Source of the DNA: Amphiscolops sp. MND2022
Lineage: Eukaryota
Length of the DNA: 64,000 nt
Assembly: GCA_964187785.1 (NCBI GenBank)
Contig: OZ076413.1
Span: 49,850,001-49,914,000 of the forward strand
Direction of reading: 5' to 3'
Position 1 is the stretch's first letter, and each line of letters starts with the position of its first letter. Below, piece by piece: positions 23,762 to 38,700 of this stretch. A program made the position numbers and the translations under genes. Below the pieces are notes generated by a model that saw only the letters and a list, made by a program, of their open reading frames with translations, was not told the origin of the DNA and made no database searches.

Positions 23762-26700
23762 TCATATATCAAGTTTCGGTTTCTTCAAGGGTCCTGACGC
23801 TGGAATTAATGTCCCCGTCGATGCTGCAGACGTATTTGCTGCAGGGGGGATGTCCCATTTGCTTTTTCTGGATAAAGGCTCTTCTTTGGCTGTCAAAAAT
23901 TGAGATGAACTTTTGTCAGCCTGTTAACACAACAGCATGCATTTATACTAGAGCGTATTCACTCAAAACTTTTTTGAAACTTATGTTTTAAATGAAATTT
24001 TTGTAGTCAACAAAAATAACTTCAAAATGTTACTAACGATAGTTTCGGATCAACTTGAATTATTTCCAAATCAGCATCGGACTCGCATAGTTCCAGGGGA
24101 ATGCATATTTCGCAAAATAGAATGATGTTTTCTTCTTAAGCACATTGCCTCTTTAATTCATAGAAACCTAGTGTTGATTTCTTTTCTAATGATGGAATTA
24201 AATGTTTTCAAAAGCGAGCTTTGAAAATTGAAGCAAACAAAGCATATTTGCCCGTTAACTAGTCACTGGAAAGAACCGCACATATTTGATGTTTAGATTC
24301 GAGACCTTTAACTCTAAAATCAACTGATAGTTCGAAACATTCATTCACAGTATTCAGACACTTGGCGATGTCGAAGAGTTGCCGTTGAATATGTATGAAT
24401 GAAAACTTACAGTATTGGCAGCAGGAGCGATGGTAGTGATGACTGCGTTTGAAGTGGCCATGGATTGGGTCTGGGGACTGTTTTTGGCATGTTGCTGCTT
24501 TTTGGCATGCAATTCGTTCTGGATTCGCGCTAACTCGTCATAGTAGGCCGATCTCGGGAATCCACGAGGATTAAACACGCTTTTGGGAAAATTGGTACCT
24601 AAATGGTGAACTATTGAATATTTTCCCACGCTCAGCACACAAAAGAAAATCACCTTCACAGCAGATGGCTTATAAATTCCGAAAAAGAAAATTGTGCGCA
24701 CAACTGGTTTATTTTCTGGCCCAGGAGCAATCGCTTGAAAGAAAACTGAGTCTGAGATTTACCAAAAACGATTTGTGAGCAATCACTGGCATCGGGTTGA
24801 AGGAAACAAGCCGGGAATGGCACCCGCTCAAGGCCCAAAAAGTACTTCAACTCGTTAACGAATTGTGAGAAAGTTGAACAACAGAACAGAGCGAGGGAAC
24901 TTTCGTGACATCAAAAACACTTTCAAAAAATATTTGAAGCTTTAAAATTAAAATGTCAAAAAATGGAAGATAACATTTGATACTTTAAATCTTAGACGTA
25001 TTATAGATACTTTTTGGTCACTTCAATCGGATTTAGAGAAAATGAAGAACTCTATGGATGTTCATACTCATGTAAACATTCAAATACTGTATCCAAATTG
25101 CGAAAAAAGGTCGAACATTGAAAACTTTTAACATTTTGGGCATTTTTTAAACTCACAAAAAGTTCAACAACTCCATAAATACAACACATATGCTGCGAAC
25201 CTAATTACTTTGGTTACATTCAGTGGAAGAGCCTCCAGTTTTTTTGATATACAATAGGAAAATGACAAGATTTGGAAAAACGGTACCCGGAGATAACTTT
25301 CCTCTATGAAATTCAGCTGGAAATAACCAACCTTTTTCGTTAATATGTAAATGCTCAACCAATTTCTCGTAAATACTGGGATTTCTGTACGTCGTACTAG
25401 ATTCCACAACTTTGATGAAGTCTTTCCCTCGTTTCATTGCCAAGTGGTGCTTTTCTAAACAATTAAAATGTCACATGTTGTCATGGAAAAGTATACAATA
25501 ACAAATAGTGAAGCAATTACAAACCATATTTCAGTTCCAATTCTTTTGAACATCTTTTTCTTGGCATTGGTGGTAAAACTAGATCCTCTCTTTTTGGCTT
25601 CACCTTGTGTAATAAAGCAGCTGAAACATTGAACGATTGAGTAGCAAGATATCATGATAAAGTGCGCGGCAATTAGGTTTTTTAGTTGACCCAAAACGGA
25701 TTTTCCGCCACGTTGGTCACAAGACTGAACCCCATTTTGACCGATATTCCGGGGACTTCATCAGTTCACTACAAATGAAAGGCATGTTACAACTCAGGCT
25801 ATTGCAATAAGTTTCAATCCCAAATTGGATATTCTAACTTCTTCGATCACAATTACGTGGCATTATTCGAAGCATCGCCGAATGAAACTGACTAACCGAA
25901 CGCATTAGGTGCCGATAAGTCAGCCTTTTTCAGCCAATCAGGTACATCTTCCTCGGGATAGTCCTCCAATTCCACACTTGCTTCAGTAACGGACGGACTT
26001 CCTTTGTCCTGCTCACCGTTGGCATCATCGTCATTTGAGTCCGAACCTCTTTCACCTCTGCGATTATATTCATCTTCGTCTTCAATCTCGTCTCCGTCAC
26101 CAGCCTCAGCATAAGAGACAAGGCCACCTTCCTGGGCGCTTTTCAGAGATGTACCTTTCCGTTTTTCCGCACCAGTGTCCTCTTTTCGTTTATCAGAATC
26201 TTCGTCTGAAAAAATGAACTACATATACAAAACCACTCATTTTCTTCACTGCATATAAATTTCAAACACTTTAACCCTAAATGGACCAGAAATTTCCGGA
26301 TTTATCCAAAAATCTGGTGCTTAAACTTTAAATCGCAATATCTTCTAAACTATTCAAGTCCGACAAACTATTTATAGCGCGTTCGAAAGACAATCAGGGC
26401 TATTAATTTGATTTTTGAACTGCTGGGCCCAATCTTGATACCAGTGAGATAAAGTGGCCATAAACGAAAACTGAAAAACGGAAAATATGCGCTGATTTTT
26501 TATGTTTTTTGGTCCCGTTTTCTTGATTTTTGAGACATGTCAATATTACGTGAAAAGGCATGCAATGCTATGTAATATCGCCTGAAAATCTTATTGGAGT
26601 TTTCTTTACCATACAGTCAGCTGGTTCGTTCAGAGATTTGCAGAAACTAACTGGACGAATACGTCCCAATGATCCATTTGGGTTAATAGAATAAATTGAT

Positions 26701-29700
26701 AGTTAATTTTGCCCATACTTCCATATGGAAAAAAAAATTACTGACCGAGAAGCGTTTTCCCCAAAAATATGCCATGTTCTAATGTCAAGCCCAAATTGAA
26801 GGGTTTTTCTAATAGAATTCAATCGACAAACTGACTGGTATGTTTTCGTAGAGATTTTTGGGCTTTTTTTGAATTTGATCGAAAATGAAATCAAGACAGT
26901 CAAAAAATTATGCAATTATTTCGTCGGTTGAAATATCAAAAAAATTCAAGCCGAAAGAACCAGACATCCAGGATGCTATTTTGAAAAGAAATTGAAGTTT
27001 CGTTGAAAAAGTGTCTTCGAATGACCCCGAAATGCCCAAACAAATATCAACAAAAACTTCCAATGTCCAATCTTTTTATGCAAGTTTTGTACAACTTTCG
27101 AAAATACGATTTTTGATTTCGATCGTTTTAAACAAGTTCTGTACAATTTTCGAATGTTTAAATCGGTACGAGCATCTGCTAATTCCAAAAACGAAACATT
27201 CCATTGATTCAAAAGACCCTTTAATTAGAGCAATCAACAGTTTATCCTTTCGAAAAGCCTATTACATAAACCGGGAACATGAGTCGGCGTAAAAAGCAGA
27301 ACTTCAAACGAGAAAACGCAAAAGTGACGCTTTGAACTTTCCTATGGCCAGAAATACAACAAATCTTTTCATCAAAAACTTCAAAGAATTCCTTAGAAAC
27401 GCTTTTTCCCATCCAACAATATGCAAAAAATGCGCAGAAGTGGGACACTCTTTGAACGCGTTTTTCAAAAAAATTGCACTTCCGAAAAAAACCGATGAAG
27501 TTACGAGAACAACTTTATTCTATCCGAAAACGTATGTTAAAAAAGAAATAGGGCAACCCTTTCAGCTAATCTGCCAATTCATACATTTTGTGGAATTTCG
27601 GTATGAAATGTTTACTTCGACCGGATTGAAAAGGAAAAAAGACAAGGCAAAAACTATAATCGTCGCGTTTCATTAAATAGAGCGTCGACCGAAAATAGCA
27701 AAACTGCTTCTCCTTTCAAGCACTTCGAGATATTTTGTACTTCGAGATATGTAATTTCTACAAACTCTCTTTAAATGCGGGATATGTTTGTTTCATCAGA
27801 CAGGTGTATACAACAGTTTTCTAATTTTCCAGAATTTCTAGTTTATCGCGGGTTCTGGGCTCCGGGATTTTGGATTCTATGAATTTAATTAGTTCCTCAG
27901 TCCAATATCCGTTGGGTAGATCAGGATTGAGGTATGAGTCTGTTGTCAGCGCTTTCGTAATTGGAGAGGAAGTGTGTCAAAATCTCTTCTGCTCTTTGGC
28001 AGCGAGTTTCGGGAGGACAGTAAGCTGCCAATGTAAGCGTAGTTCGCAAATTCTTGATATCTATCTAGGAGGAATTTGTAGCTTATTTTCTCCACATTCA
28101 GACGACAGGACTGAGGTAAGGGAATATGTATGTTTGGCATCTGTAACCAATTACTCGAGTTGAACATGTCTGCTCTGAATTCTTACTTCTTCTGGTCCAT
28201 CTATGTTCAATGAACTAAATTAAATCTACCGGGCTGTAATTGCGTGTTCCGGATAAAGTAATTTCGAAATCCTCCAGAATCGCCAAATTTCGCTGCATAT
28301 TTTTGTCTGGGGAATCAAGAAGACAGTCTTTTAAGTTGCCATGGCTTGCATTACTTTGAGGTATCGAGCTAATAGTGACTCTCAGTGGAGGTCGAGCGGA
28401 GGTGTTCCAGTTGAAATCATGGAAAAAAACCTGTTGCTTGAGATCGGCACTCCCAATGCTTGCTCGATTATTTTGTTGTCCAACTTTGAGGAATGATCAG
28501 GTTATTTAGTGCCCACACACTATTTTGATGCCTATCAAATTTTTGGCAAAAATTGTTGATTGTAAAATTGAATTGAGTTTTTGGCTCACAACCTATTTCC
28601 CACTGATGAACTGAGCCATTGTCTGAAAATATAAGTGAGCGCGTCCTTACATATGCTTCGCATGAGATTTGAAAGTCAACTTCGAGTCATTCAATGCCAA
28701 GAAATTTGCAGCTATCAGAAATGCTGACAATTTCAGTGCAGACATGATAAGGTGCTGCCGGCCGAGTTATTCGGAACGAGTATTGTGTTTTCAATGTTCA
28801 TTTTGAGCTGCCATTTAGTGCAACATTGGAAAAATTTCAACGAGCTTCTTTAGTCATGGAGTCTAGTTCGATCTGTGTATTTACACTGATCGAAAGGTTG
28901 CCATCAGCGAATTTCACTGCTTCGATACCCAAGAACATTTTTGAGATGAAGATGATGAACAACAGGGTTGAGAGAAATGCGCCTTTATTCGTTCAGAAAG
29001 TTTCGCATTGATAGTCATCGATTTCCATGAACAAACATCGGTTCATCAGGAAACTTTTGAGGACTTACTTCAAAATAGTGCATTTATCAAACACAGAAGC
29101 GAAGGCCTTTTCTAGGTCAAAAGATAGCGAGTCCTTATTTGCAGTTGTGTTCTTGCTATTGAGGAGTAGCCGGTAAAGGAGTCGTACTGTGCTTTTGTGT
29201 TTCCGGAATCCTTCTCGTTGAACAGCTAGGATACCTTATAGTTCAGCAAAAGCCCGGATTCTTGATTCTACCACTCGTTCGAAGTTTCCAACTTCACTTG
29301 GTTTGGTAAGGTGGCGATTAGATTGTTGGTGCCGAGAAATGTTTTTCGTAGTTTTCGAAGAAACTTTTTTTCAAGTTCAGCATGCATCCATGTCCCGTGA
29401 TGTCGTATTTCCTTCGTACTGTTTTTTCAGTTGGTCGAAGGTCTAGGTCGCTTAGCACTGGTACATGCCGTCTCATGCTTCTCCTGTGAAACGTTCTACT
29501 TCCCAAAAAACTAACTTCAATTTCAACAGTGTCGGGATCAATTTTCGAACTTTTTGATTGGAATGTCCACAGCGTTCGTAGACAGAAAAATGCGTTTTTG
29601 GCAATTGCTGAAAATGAGAGAGCTGCAATTGATATTTTCCAATTACACAAAAAGCCAAATATGTCCATTTCCGAACGTTCCATGCTTTTTCAGAAAACCT

Positions 29701-32700
29701 CAGCATGTTTCTGTAAGTATGAATGGAGTTCAATAACAAGACGCCCGCTGAGCAGTGAGATATTTTCCGCCCCAAACTGTTCTACAACTACATAAGTTTG
29801 AGGCTCAAGAATGCACAATAAAAGCGCAAAGAAGTTTGAAGAAAAGAAAGCTTTGATTCATCGCAACCCATTTCAAAGGAAACACCTAACTTATTTTTTC
29901 CTGCGATAGCTGGCCACTTTTCGTTTTTCGGCGCTATGCGACTTACCTAGAAAAAAAAATCAATACATTTTTTGAAAATAATTTTGGAAAAACTTTTTTG
30001 GCAATGTTTAGTTTTTGAGGTTTTCTGTAAAGGAAGTAAGTTTCCCGAGTCTTGAGGGTGACTTTTTTGTTACTTCTGATCATATGAAACTGAGGAGGTT
30101 TCTTCTTGATTATACAAATTACCTCAATTCAGTTTTCTAGACTCTATGCGTCTTTCCGAAACTTTCATTTGGTCAAAGAGTACCACTTGCTTTCACAGCT
30201 GATTCCGGCAAGAGAAAAGTAGTTTCGCCATCATAGAACTTTACCGAAAAAACATCAAAAAATGGATTTTTTGTGATTCCTGTTGTGCAAAAAGTGATTT
30301 CATAGTCCCAGGCGTATTTCTTGAGGTAATTTTTGGCACTGAGAAATTGGTAAAAGCTTGAAACTAGGTCCTTTGCAAATTTAGGAAAGTTCAGCGATCC
30401 CCGTTTGTTATATTATTGCAAATAGTTTCACCAGAAGTGTTAAAAATTGGAAATAGTTTTGACAATTTTGGGTTCAATTTGAGGAACTTTTTTAACAGGA
30501 ATTTCCAGATGCCTCCTTAAATTTAAGCCTACTGGACACCGAGTTTAGCTGTTATTGAATGCTTACACCATTCTAACCCAGAAGTAGCTCGAAACATTTT
30601 CCTTTGGAAGGTGTACTTCATATCTCGTGATTTTGCTTGGAGGTTTTTGAATATTAAATATTTGACAAACGAGGTCGAAATTTACGTTTTCAAGTAAAGT
30701 TTTTGAAAGTTTTGTAAATAAACTGGTCTAACATCTTTCCGAAACACTACCGGTAGCTACATGTTTCAACCCTGAGCATGTTATTTCAATTTAAGTAAAT
30801 TTTCGGAAAGGGTCCAAAATTGGGACTATGTTGTCGAAAATGAAAGTTCGGAAACTTCGACACCTTTGTTGTAAACTCGATGAACTTCATCCCACTTTTT
30901 CCGCCAATTGCGTTTTGAATACCTTATTGTTCAAACGTTCAGGTCATTGAAAGTTCTATTCAAAAAACTTTTGTGCTCTAAAATCGGGATTAGTTTGTCA
31001 AACAAAGTGCTTTTTTTGCTGTTTCATTGTTTTTTGGGTGTTTTTGAGGCCAATTCCAACAAAAACTGCAATTAGATCTTCGAAATCGGAAGTAGCTCAA
31101 AAATTGTAAAAAAAACTGCCTAAAATTGTGAGAAAAAACATGAAATTACTCAGTTTTTGCATTATTTGGGTCATTCTGAGGAAATTTTCGTCCAGAAAAT
31201 GTGCAAACTTCTCTCTAAATAGCGTGCTGCTGCGGGCCTAGTTTTGTTTATCTAGATCACTATGAAGATTTTGTCTCACCGAAATTTTCTAATCTCAAAG
31301 AAAAGTGCACTGAAAATGTCAGAAATCGGCAAAAATTTCGACATTTTCCAGTCAATTTCGAGCTATTTTCCGACGGAAGTCTGCAAATACTTGTTTAGAA
31401 GCCTACTGAATTATGAGTACAACCTTTGTTGAACGCTTTCTAACATTCTGACTCTGAAACAATTCAAAAAGCACACCTGAGATGAAAATTTTCGACTCAT
31501 TTGGAGTCATTTTGAAGTGTTTTTGGAGCAAAACGCTGCAATATTCTCTTCAAAGAAAAGTACTGCATGGCACGTTCTTTCGTTGTTGATTGTGTTAGAA
31601 CTTATAACGAAATCTCGCAGAAATTGCATCAAAAACGACAAAAACTTATTATCAACTTATTATCAAAAAACAAAATTATCAAGGTCAATATGAGGCGTTT
31701 TTCTCTTGACTCACTGAAAAAACAAACGTTCCCATTGTTTAGGGTTCTAGTCCACAAAGTCTATCGATATTTTGACAAAAAAATGCTCGAAAATAGTGGA
31801 AATCTGAAAAAATTGGTCGTTTTCAATGTCGATTCCGGACAGTTTTCGTTTGAAAAACTGCATTGATCTTTTCTAAGCATACTGGACAACACATTCTTTC
31901 CTTGTTGACCCTTTTCAACGTTTCAATTGACGAAGTCTGTCGAAAGTTTGAAAAAATGCATAAAATTTTTGGAATTGGAAAATTTTGGAATTTTTGTCAT
32001 TGTTGGTGTCAATTTGAGACATTTTCATTTAACACATTGCAATTATCCCTTCATAAAAGACGACTGGACAGCCAACTTTTTCCTTGTTGACCCTTTAAAA
32101 CATTCCAATCCACGAAGTCTGTCAGAAATTTGACGAAAAGTGCTTAAAAACTGAAAAAGGGAAAATATTGGAATTTTTGTCATTTTCGGTGTCAATTTGA
32201 GATTTTTTTCAGATGGAAAACAGCAATTATCTCTTCCAAAAAGCCTACTGGACAACGAACTAGTGCCATGTTGAGCGTTTTCAACATTATAATCCACGAA
32301 GGCTAACGAAAATTTGAGAAAAATTGCATAACGTTAAAAATTTTTGGTTTTTTGTCTTTTTTGGGTTTTTCTTTCCGAAAAAAAACTCATTTATCTTTTC
32401 ATAAATGACTACTGGACAACGAATTCTTGTCTTGCTGAACCTTTTCAACATTCTAATCCACGACAACTATCGAAAAATTGACAAAAATTGCATTAAAACG
32501 TAAAAAATTGGAATTTTTTGGGGTCATTTTTGTCATTCTGGGGTCCTTGGGGTCAACTAAAAAAAGTCCAGAATTCTCCACGAATACAAATCGCACGAAC
32601 CTAGATTTATGTGAGTTGAATTCTATGGGTAACACCCTTAAAGTTAAATATGAATTTGGTGCTTGGCAAATTTTGTTTAAAAAAACAGTTTGATTTAAAT

Positions 32701-35700
32701 ATTTTCCTTTCCCATGAAAAAAGGGGGGAAAATAACAAAAATTTTGGCTGCTAAACAAACACACTAACGTTTGTCTCAGTGCGCAACGAAACAGAACCTT
32801 CTTGCAGTATCAATAGCGGTCCAGTAAATTACAAGAGAAAAGCTTGACTAAGTGGAGTACCAATTATAAAATTAAACAAATTTCAGCTATGTTGTTTGAG
32901 TGTTCGATGTGTCACTGAATAGTGGGTAACTGAACCTTGGACACAAACAAGATGGCAACGTCTCAAGTAGGCGCTATGCCTAAAGCTCAAAAAGTTTTTG
33001 GAATATGCTCAGGACGTTATAAAAAACACAAAAAAGTTCCTAAACACCGAAAAGGTGTCTTTCGTAACGCTTCAGAAGTTCGGATATAACGTACTGGAAC
33101 AAATGGGAGAGCTTGTTTTCGAACCTCTGCCTCCCCCTTGGTAAACGTAATATAAGTCGGATATAACGTCTAAAATTCGGATAAAGCGCTTTACTTTGGA
33201 TGTTACGTCAAAAACTCTGGTAGTATTGCAAAAAATTAGTGGATATATATTGACAAAACCTAAGATCAGACAAAAATGAGAATTTTGAAGTCTCATAAAG
33301 CTGAATTTGGGACTCTTTTGGATTTTTTTAAGAATCATTTTGTTGCAAAAATTGAAGGGGGGCCTTTGGAGACATTAGAAAAATCAAGGAAGACAGTATT
33401 TTATCACCAACCATGGCAAAATATTATCAACAAAATCATACTGTCCGGTTTTAGGAGTCAATATGCCAAGAGTTGAACAAAATAGAGAAAGTAATAAACC
33501 AAAAGCTATGTACGGGATAGACATCTGCCCTGAATCTTTTTACAGATGGGTATCAAAAATTTCGTGATTTGGGTTTTGCAAAAGAATTCTCCTTCCTGAT
33601 TGGGTTGTAACCCAAATTCTCGAATTGTTTTGGGACGCTAGTGGTTACTTCATTTGATGTGTGGCACTCTTTTCAAAAATGTACATCTTCCTTGGCAGAT
33701 GCACCGTGCATCGACAACTTTAAACAAGCCGGAACCGGCCCAAGTCGGCGCCATATCTAAGGCTCAAAAATAGCAAAAGGAGTTCAAAGTGTCGAAGTAT
33801 TCTCTTCTACAGTACCTGAAAAACCCAAAAAGTTGGACCGAATAGGCGCGCCCTTTCGCATTTTTTAACAAGTCTCACGAGGAAAAAAGTCTCACAATGG
33901 CAAAAAAACTGAAAGGAAACCCTTGGGCATTTTTCAACATCAATTCTGTGGCAAAAACCTGTAGTCTCTCCCGGTGTTGTATGTTACGCGGAAAAAGAGG
34001 AAAAAACCCTTGGTAAACGTAATATAAGTCGGATATACCGTCTAAAATTCGGATAAAGAGCTTTACTTTGGATGTTACGTCAAAAACTCTGGTAGTATTG
34101 CAAAAAATTAGTGGATATATATTGACAAAACCTAAGATCAGACAAAAATGAGAATTTTGAAGTCTCATAAAGCTGAATTTGGGACTCTTTTGGATTTTTT
34201 AAGAATCATTTTGTTGCAAAAATTGAAGGGGGCCTTTGGAGACATTAGAAAAATCAAGGAAGACAGTATTTTATCACCAACCATGGCAAAATATTATCAA
34301 CAAAATCATACTGTCCGGTTTTAGGAGTCAATATGCCAAGAGTTGAACAAAATAGAGAAAGTAATAAACCAAAAGCTATGTACGGGATAGACATCTGCCC
34401 TGAATCTTTTTACAGATGGGTATCAAAAATTTCGTGATTTGGGTTTTGCAAAAGAATTCTCCTTCCTGATTGGGTTGTAACCCAAATTCTCGAATTGTTT
34501 TGGGACGCTAGTGGTTACTTCATTTGATGTGTGGCACTCTTTTCAAAAATGTACATCTTCCTTGGCAGATGCACCGTGCATCGACAACTTTAAACAAGCC
34601 GGAACCGGCCCAAGTCGGCGCCATATCTAAGGCTCAAAAATAGCAAAAGGAGTTCAAAGTGTCGAAGTATTCTCTTCTACAGTACCTGAAAAACCCAAAA
34701 AGTTGGACCGAATAGGCGCGCCCTTTCGCATTTTTTAACACGTCTCACGAGGAAAAAAGTCTCACAATGGCAAAAAAACTGAAAGGAAACCCTTGGGCAT
34801 TTTTCAACATCAATTCTGTGGCAAAAACCTGTAGTCTCTCCCGGTGTTGTATGTTACGCGGAAAAAGAGGAAAAAACCCTTGGTAAACGTAATATAAGTC
34901 GGATATACCGTCTAAAATTCGGATAAAGAGCTTTACTTTGGATGTTACGTCAAAAACTCTGGTAGTATTGCAAAAAATTAGTGGATATATATTGACAAAA
35001 CCTAAGATCAGACAAAAATGAGAATTTTGAAGTCTCATAAAGCCGAATTTGGGACCCTTTGGGATTTTTTTAAGAATCATTTTGTTGCAAAAAATTGAAG
35101 GGTGGCCTTTGGAGACATTAGAAAAATTAAGGAAGACAGTATTTTATCACTAACCATGGCAGAGTCCTCTATTGGTAGATTAGAAAGTCTACGATGGAGG
35201 GCTGTCTAACTTCGACAAACCTTCACATGCAACCAATCACATGGCCAAGCGGACACTGACGATCAATTGCACACAATGACTTTTGTAAGTTTTTCTCTAC
35301 TAGCCAATGTTTCAAATTTATTTCTATGGGATAGTTAAGGCCCGACTTACACTGTAGGCTCTACAGCGTATTGACACTCGAAAAAAGTCATCGACGCGCC
35401 ACATCATCAAAAGGTGCTAATCAAATGCAGGTAAGTAGTATGGGGATTCCCGATACGGGCCACAAAAAACTCAAAAATTAAAAGATCAAAAAATCCCCTG
35501 ATTTTAAGGCATTTTTCCAAAACAGATCATTAAAATCAGGGGTTTTCCAACTTAGACTACAAAAACCCCAAAAATTTAAAGTCCTCAAAACCATTGATTT
35601 TGCAGGGCTTCGCAAGCACTTTTTAGAAAACAAATCATCGCGACAGCTCTCGCGAAAGCTCCCGCAAAATAGTGTTTTTACCATGAAGCAAAATTCACGA

Positions 35701-38700
35701 AGCTTCGCACCAACCTCTATGATGCGCGAAAGCTATCGCGAAGCTACGCACGAAGCTACACAATGTGTAATAATAACACGTTGCTGTACAGCCAACGTTA
35801 ACGTGCAACCAACGTTAATGTACCGGCGCATACGTTATTCTTATATAACTACAACTAACACATTTTTGTCTCCCATAGCCTAGTGGTTATAGCATTGACT
35901 AAAGTTAAGGCTTCGGCCGGAGTGTTTGGGGTTCACTTCTATCCAACGTCCCCCAGTCTTTGTTACAACTTACATGTTATGGGAGAATAATCACCAATGG
36001 CACAGTTCTTAAAAAGGATAATCCCTGCTGTGGAAACTCTTAGTGGAACGGACTCCCGATGGGCTTTGAGTTTACCATAGGCATGCCAATGCATATGCTA
36101 ATGAGCATGCCTATGGGTTTTGCGTAGCTTCGCGTATTTTTCAACTTTTTCATCTTAATAAATGTATGAAACTCCGTCTCTTCATAAGTTTGGTTATTCT
36201 AGTGAACAGCTAAAACTGAGGGAATATCAGGAGCTAAAAGATATGATAAAAAGTCAAGAAAAATTAGCCCAAATAACCCATTCCAAATTAAAAGAAGATT
36301 TGCAACGCGATTTTGAAAATGACATAGAAAATCAAGAGAAATTAATAGAAGAAAAAATGCTAGACGCGGTAGCTATCGCGAAGGGGCATCAAACACTAGA
36401 CCCACAGGAAATTCAAGATGTTTTATTAAACACAAAGTTAATGAATGATATTTATTCCCAGTTTTCAGACATTTCAAAAACCATAAATAAATTAGAACAA
36501 AATATGAAAAAATCTTTCGCCGAACAAAGAACTGCTTTAGTAAATGAGGTACTAAATTTAATACACAACAATAGTTTTGAAATGTTAACTGTCCGTAATT
36601 TAAAGTTTATGAGTCAGGTGGGTCAAGCTGGAATGATTTTAAATGAAGATGAAATTAATAAAATTTTTAATAGCCTAGATCAAAATAAAATTACTATAAC
36701 TAACAACATAATTCAACTGCTTTATGACAAAGGTTTGTTCGATTCCTTTCCCAATAAAGATCAAGCTTTTGCAAATTATCTAACTTTTAGTGAATCCTAT
36801 TTAAAGGAAAAGTATGGAAAAACAATACCTACTTCAGATGGTGAATATTATCTGTCGGATTTAGAATATTCTACCAGACAATCAATTCTGGAGTCATTGA
36901 AAAAAGATTCCTATAAAGACCTTGTTGATATGAAACACAGAATGAAATTAACACCAACGGAAATAAATTTCATTTTATATGATTAATAAATGGAACAAAA
37001 ACTCTATCCCTCTCTGACCCCCTCGACAGCTAACGCAACGGCTTCTCCCCCCACACCATATGATGTAGAATCAATGATAAATAAGCGATTGCAAAGCGAA
37101 TTACAAAAAGTAAATAGTTTCAATAATTCTATTCAAAACATTAGTCTAATGATGAAATATTATGAAATGGAAGAAAAGAAATACAAACAGAAATACAACA
37201 AATACAAGCTAATAAATAACCTAATTAACTCCCTCGATGGTATTATAGTGATTGGAACAACTTCAGCATCAATCTCACTAAGTATTACTGGTGTGGGTAT
37301 TATAGTTGTTCCAATCGCTGCAGGAGTTGGTTGTACAACTGGTATCCTTGTTAAGATTTGTTCTAGTTATTTGAAGAAAAAGGAGCAAAATTATAAACTT
37401 AAGTACACTATTATTCAGAAGACTCTTGACGACTTTAGACAACTTTATGTCGCTAGCCTAAAAGACAACTGTATAGATGAAAAAGAATATCATCGATTTG
37501 TGACTCAATTTGAAAATTATCAGGCGACAGCTAACGCGAAAGCTAACGCGACAGCTAACGCGACAGCTAACACAGCTTCACAGGAAATTCACACAAAATC
37601 ACACAAAATCACAGCTTCGCATACAAAATCACAAGTAGCTTCACGCGCGACAGCTAACGCAGCTTCGCACACACCACCAACAATACCACTTAAACCACAC
37701 AATTTTTTATAATTAATTTATTCAATTTTAACATAAAAAATAAAATAAAAATTAACACTAATAGTTAAAAAATATACTATTGAAAAATATGCTGCCATTA
37801 AATTCATAAATTTATTATAAATAAATGGAGAACTGCAGTATTTGTAATTCTGATTATAAAAAAGCTTACAAGTCCGATCATCTAAAATCAATAAAACATT
37901 TACAAAAATTAAATCAATATTATTGTAAAAAATGTAATACATTTATGCCATTGTCTGACAAGTCTAATCATCTGAATTCAGATGAACATAAAAACAAAAC
38001 CAAACAACAACGCGAAGCTACACAAATTTGGTGTGAAGATTGTGGTAAATATATAAGTAATTCAAGACATTTTCAAAGTGAAATTCACACGTTAAGAAGT
38101 CAGAATAATGCTATAAACAATACACTACATGGAGTAGGAACTAACGTAGGAACTAACGTAGGAACTAACGTAGGAACTGGTGTAGAAATAATTGTGAATG
38201 AAAAAACATACATTAAACTGAGAGTAAATCCAACAAATCATCTTGAAGAACAGATTAATGATTTACTAAAAACTAGCTTCTTTCCCCGATACAAGTTCCA
38301 ATTGAGTTATTTAGCTAAGTTTTCAAAAATAGTTAATGGAGAAGAAAACGTATTTCACAAATGGGTTAAATCAGATTTTAATTACAATCACATGCAAAGT
38401 ACTTTCGGCAGAAACCCAAATGTTCGCACAGCTTTGCACAACATATTAATGCAGAAATTAGATGATGAACAATTAGAAGGATCAGGTTTTGTGTTAAACG
38501 GTATTGTCAATGTTATAATGGAGGTATATAAAGTCAATGATATTCAAGCTTCTTCATGGGTTGAGTTGCCAGAAAAATATAAGAATAATAAATCAATTAT
38601 AAATATAAAAAATGATGATCAATATTGTTTTTTATGGTGTATCCTAGCACACCTTTTTCCCGTTGAGGATCATAAAAATAGAACATCAAGTTATTCAATG

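Noticed and set aside
29300..33100. Short ORFs in AT-rich intronic DNA
   Set aside because: Low-complexity Phe/Lys-rich translations of dispersed repeats; parts match 12890-13390 in inverted orientation.
35478..35883. Short ORFs duplicated in both TIRs (also 50611-51031)
   Set aside because: Duplication is explained by the TIR; they lack the ATAAATG start and are mostly translated 12-nt motifs.
35869..35945. tRNA gene
   Set aside because: A box is tRNA-like but no cloverleaf, anticodon arm or proper T arm; kept only as a Pol III RNA candidate.
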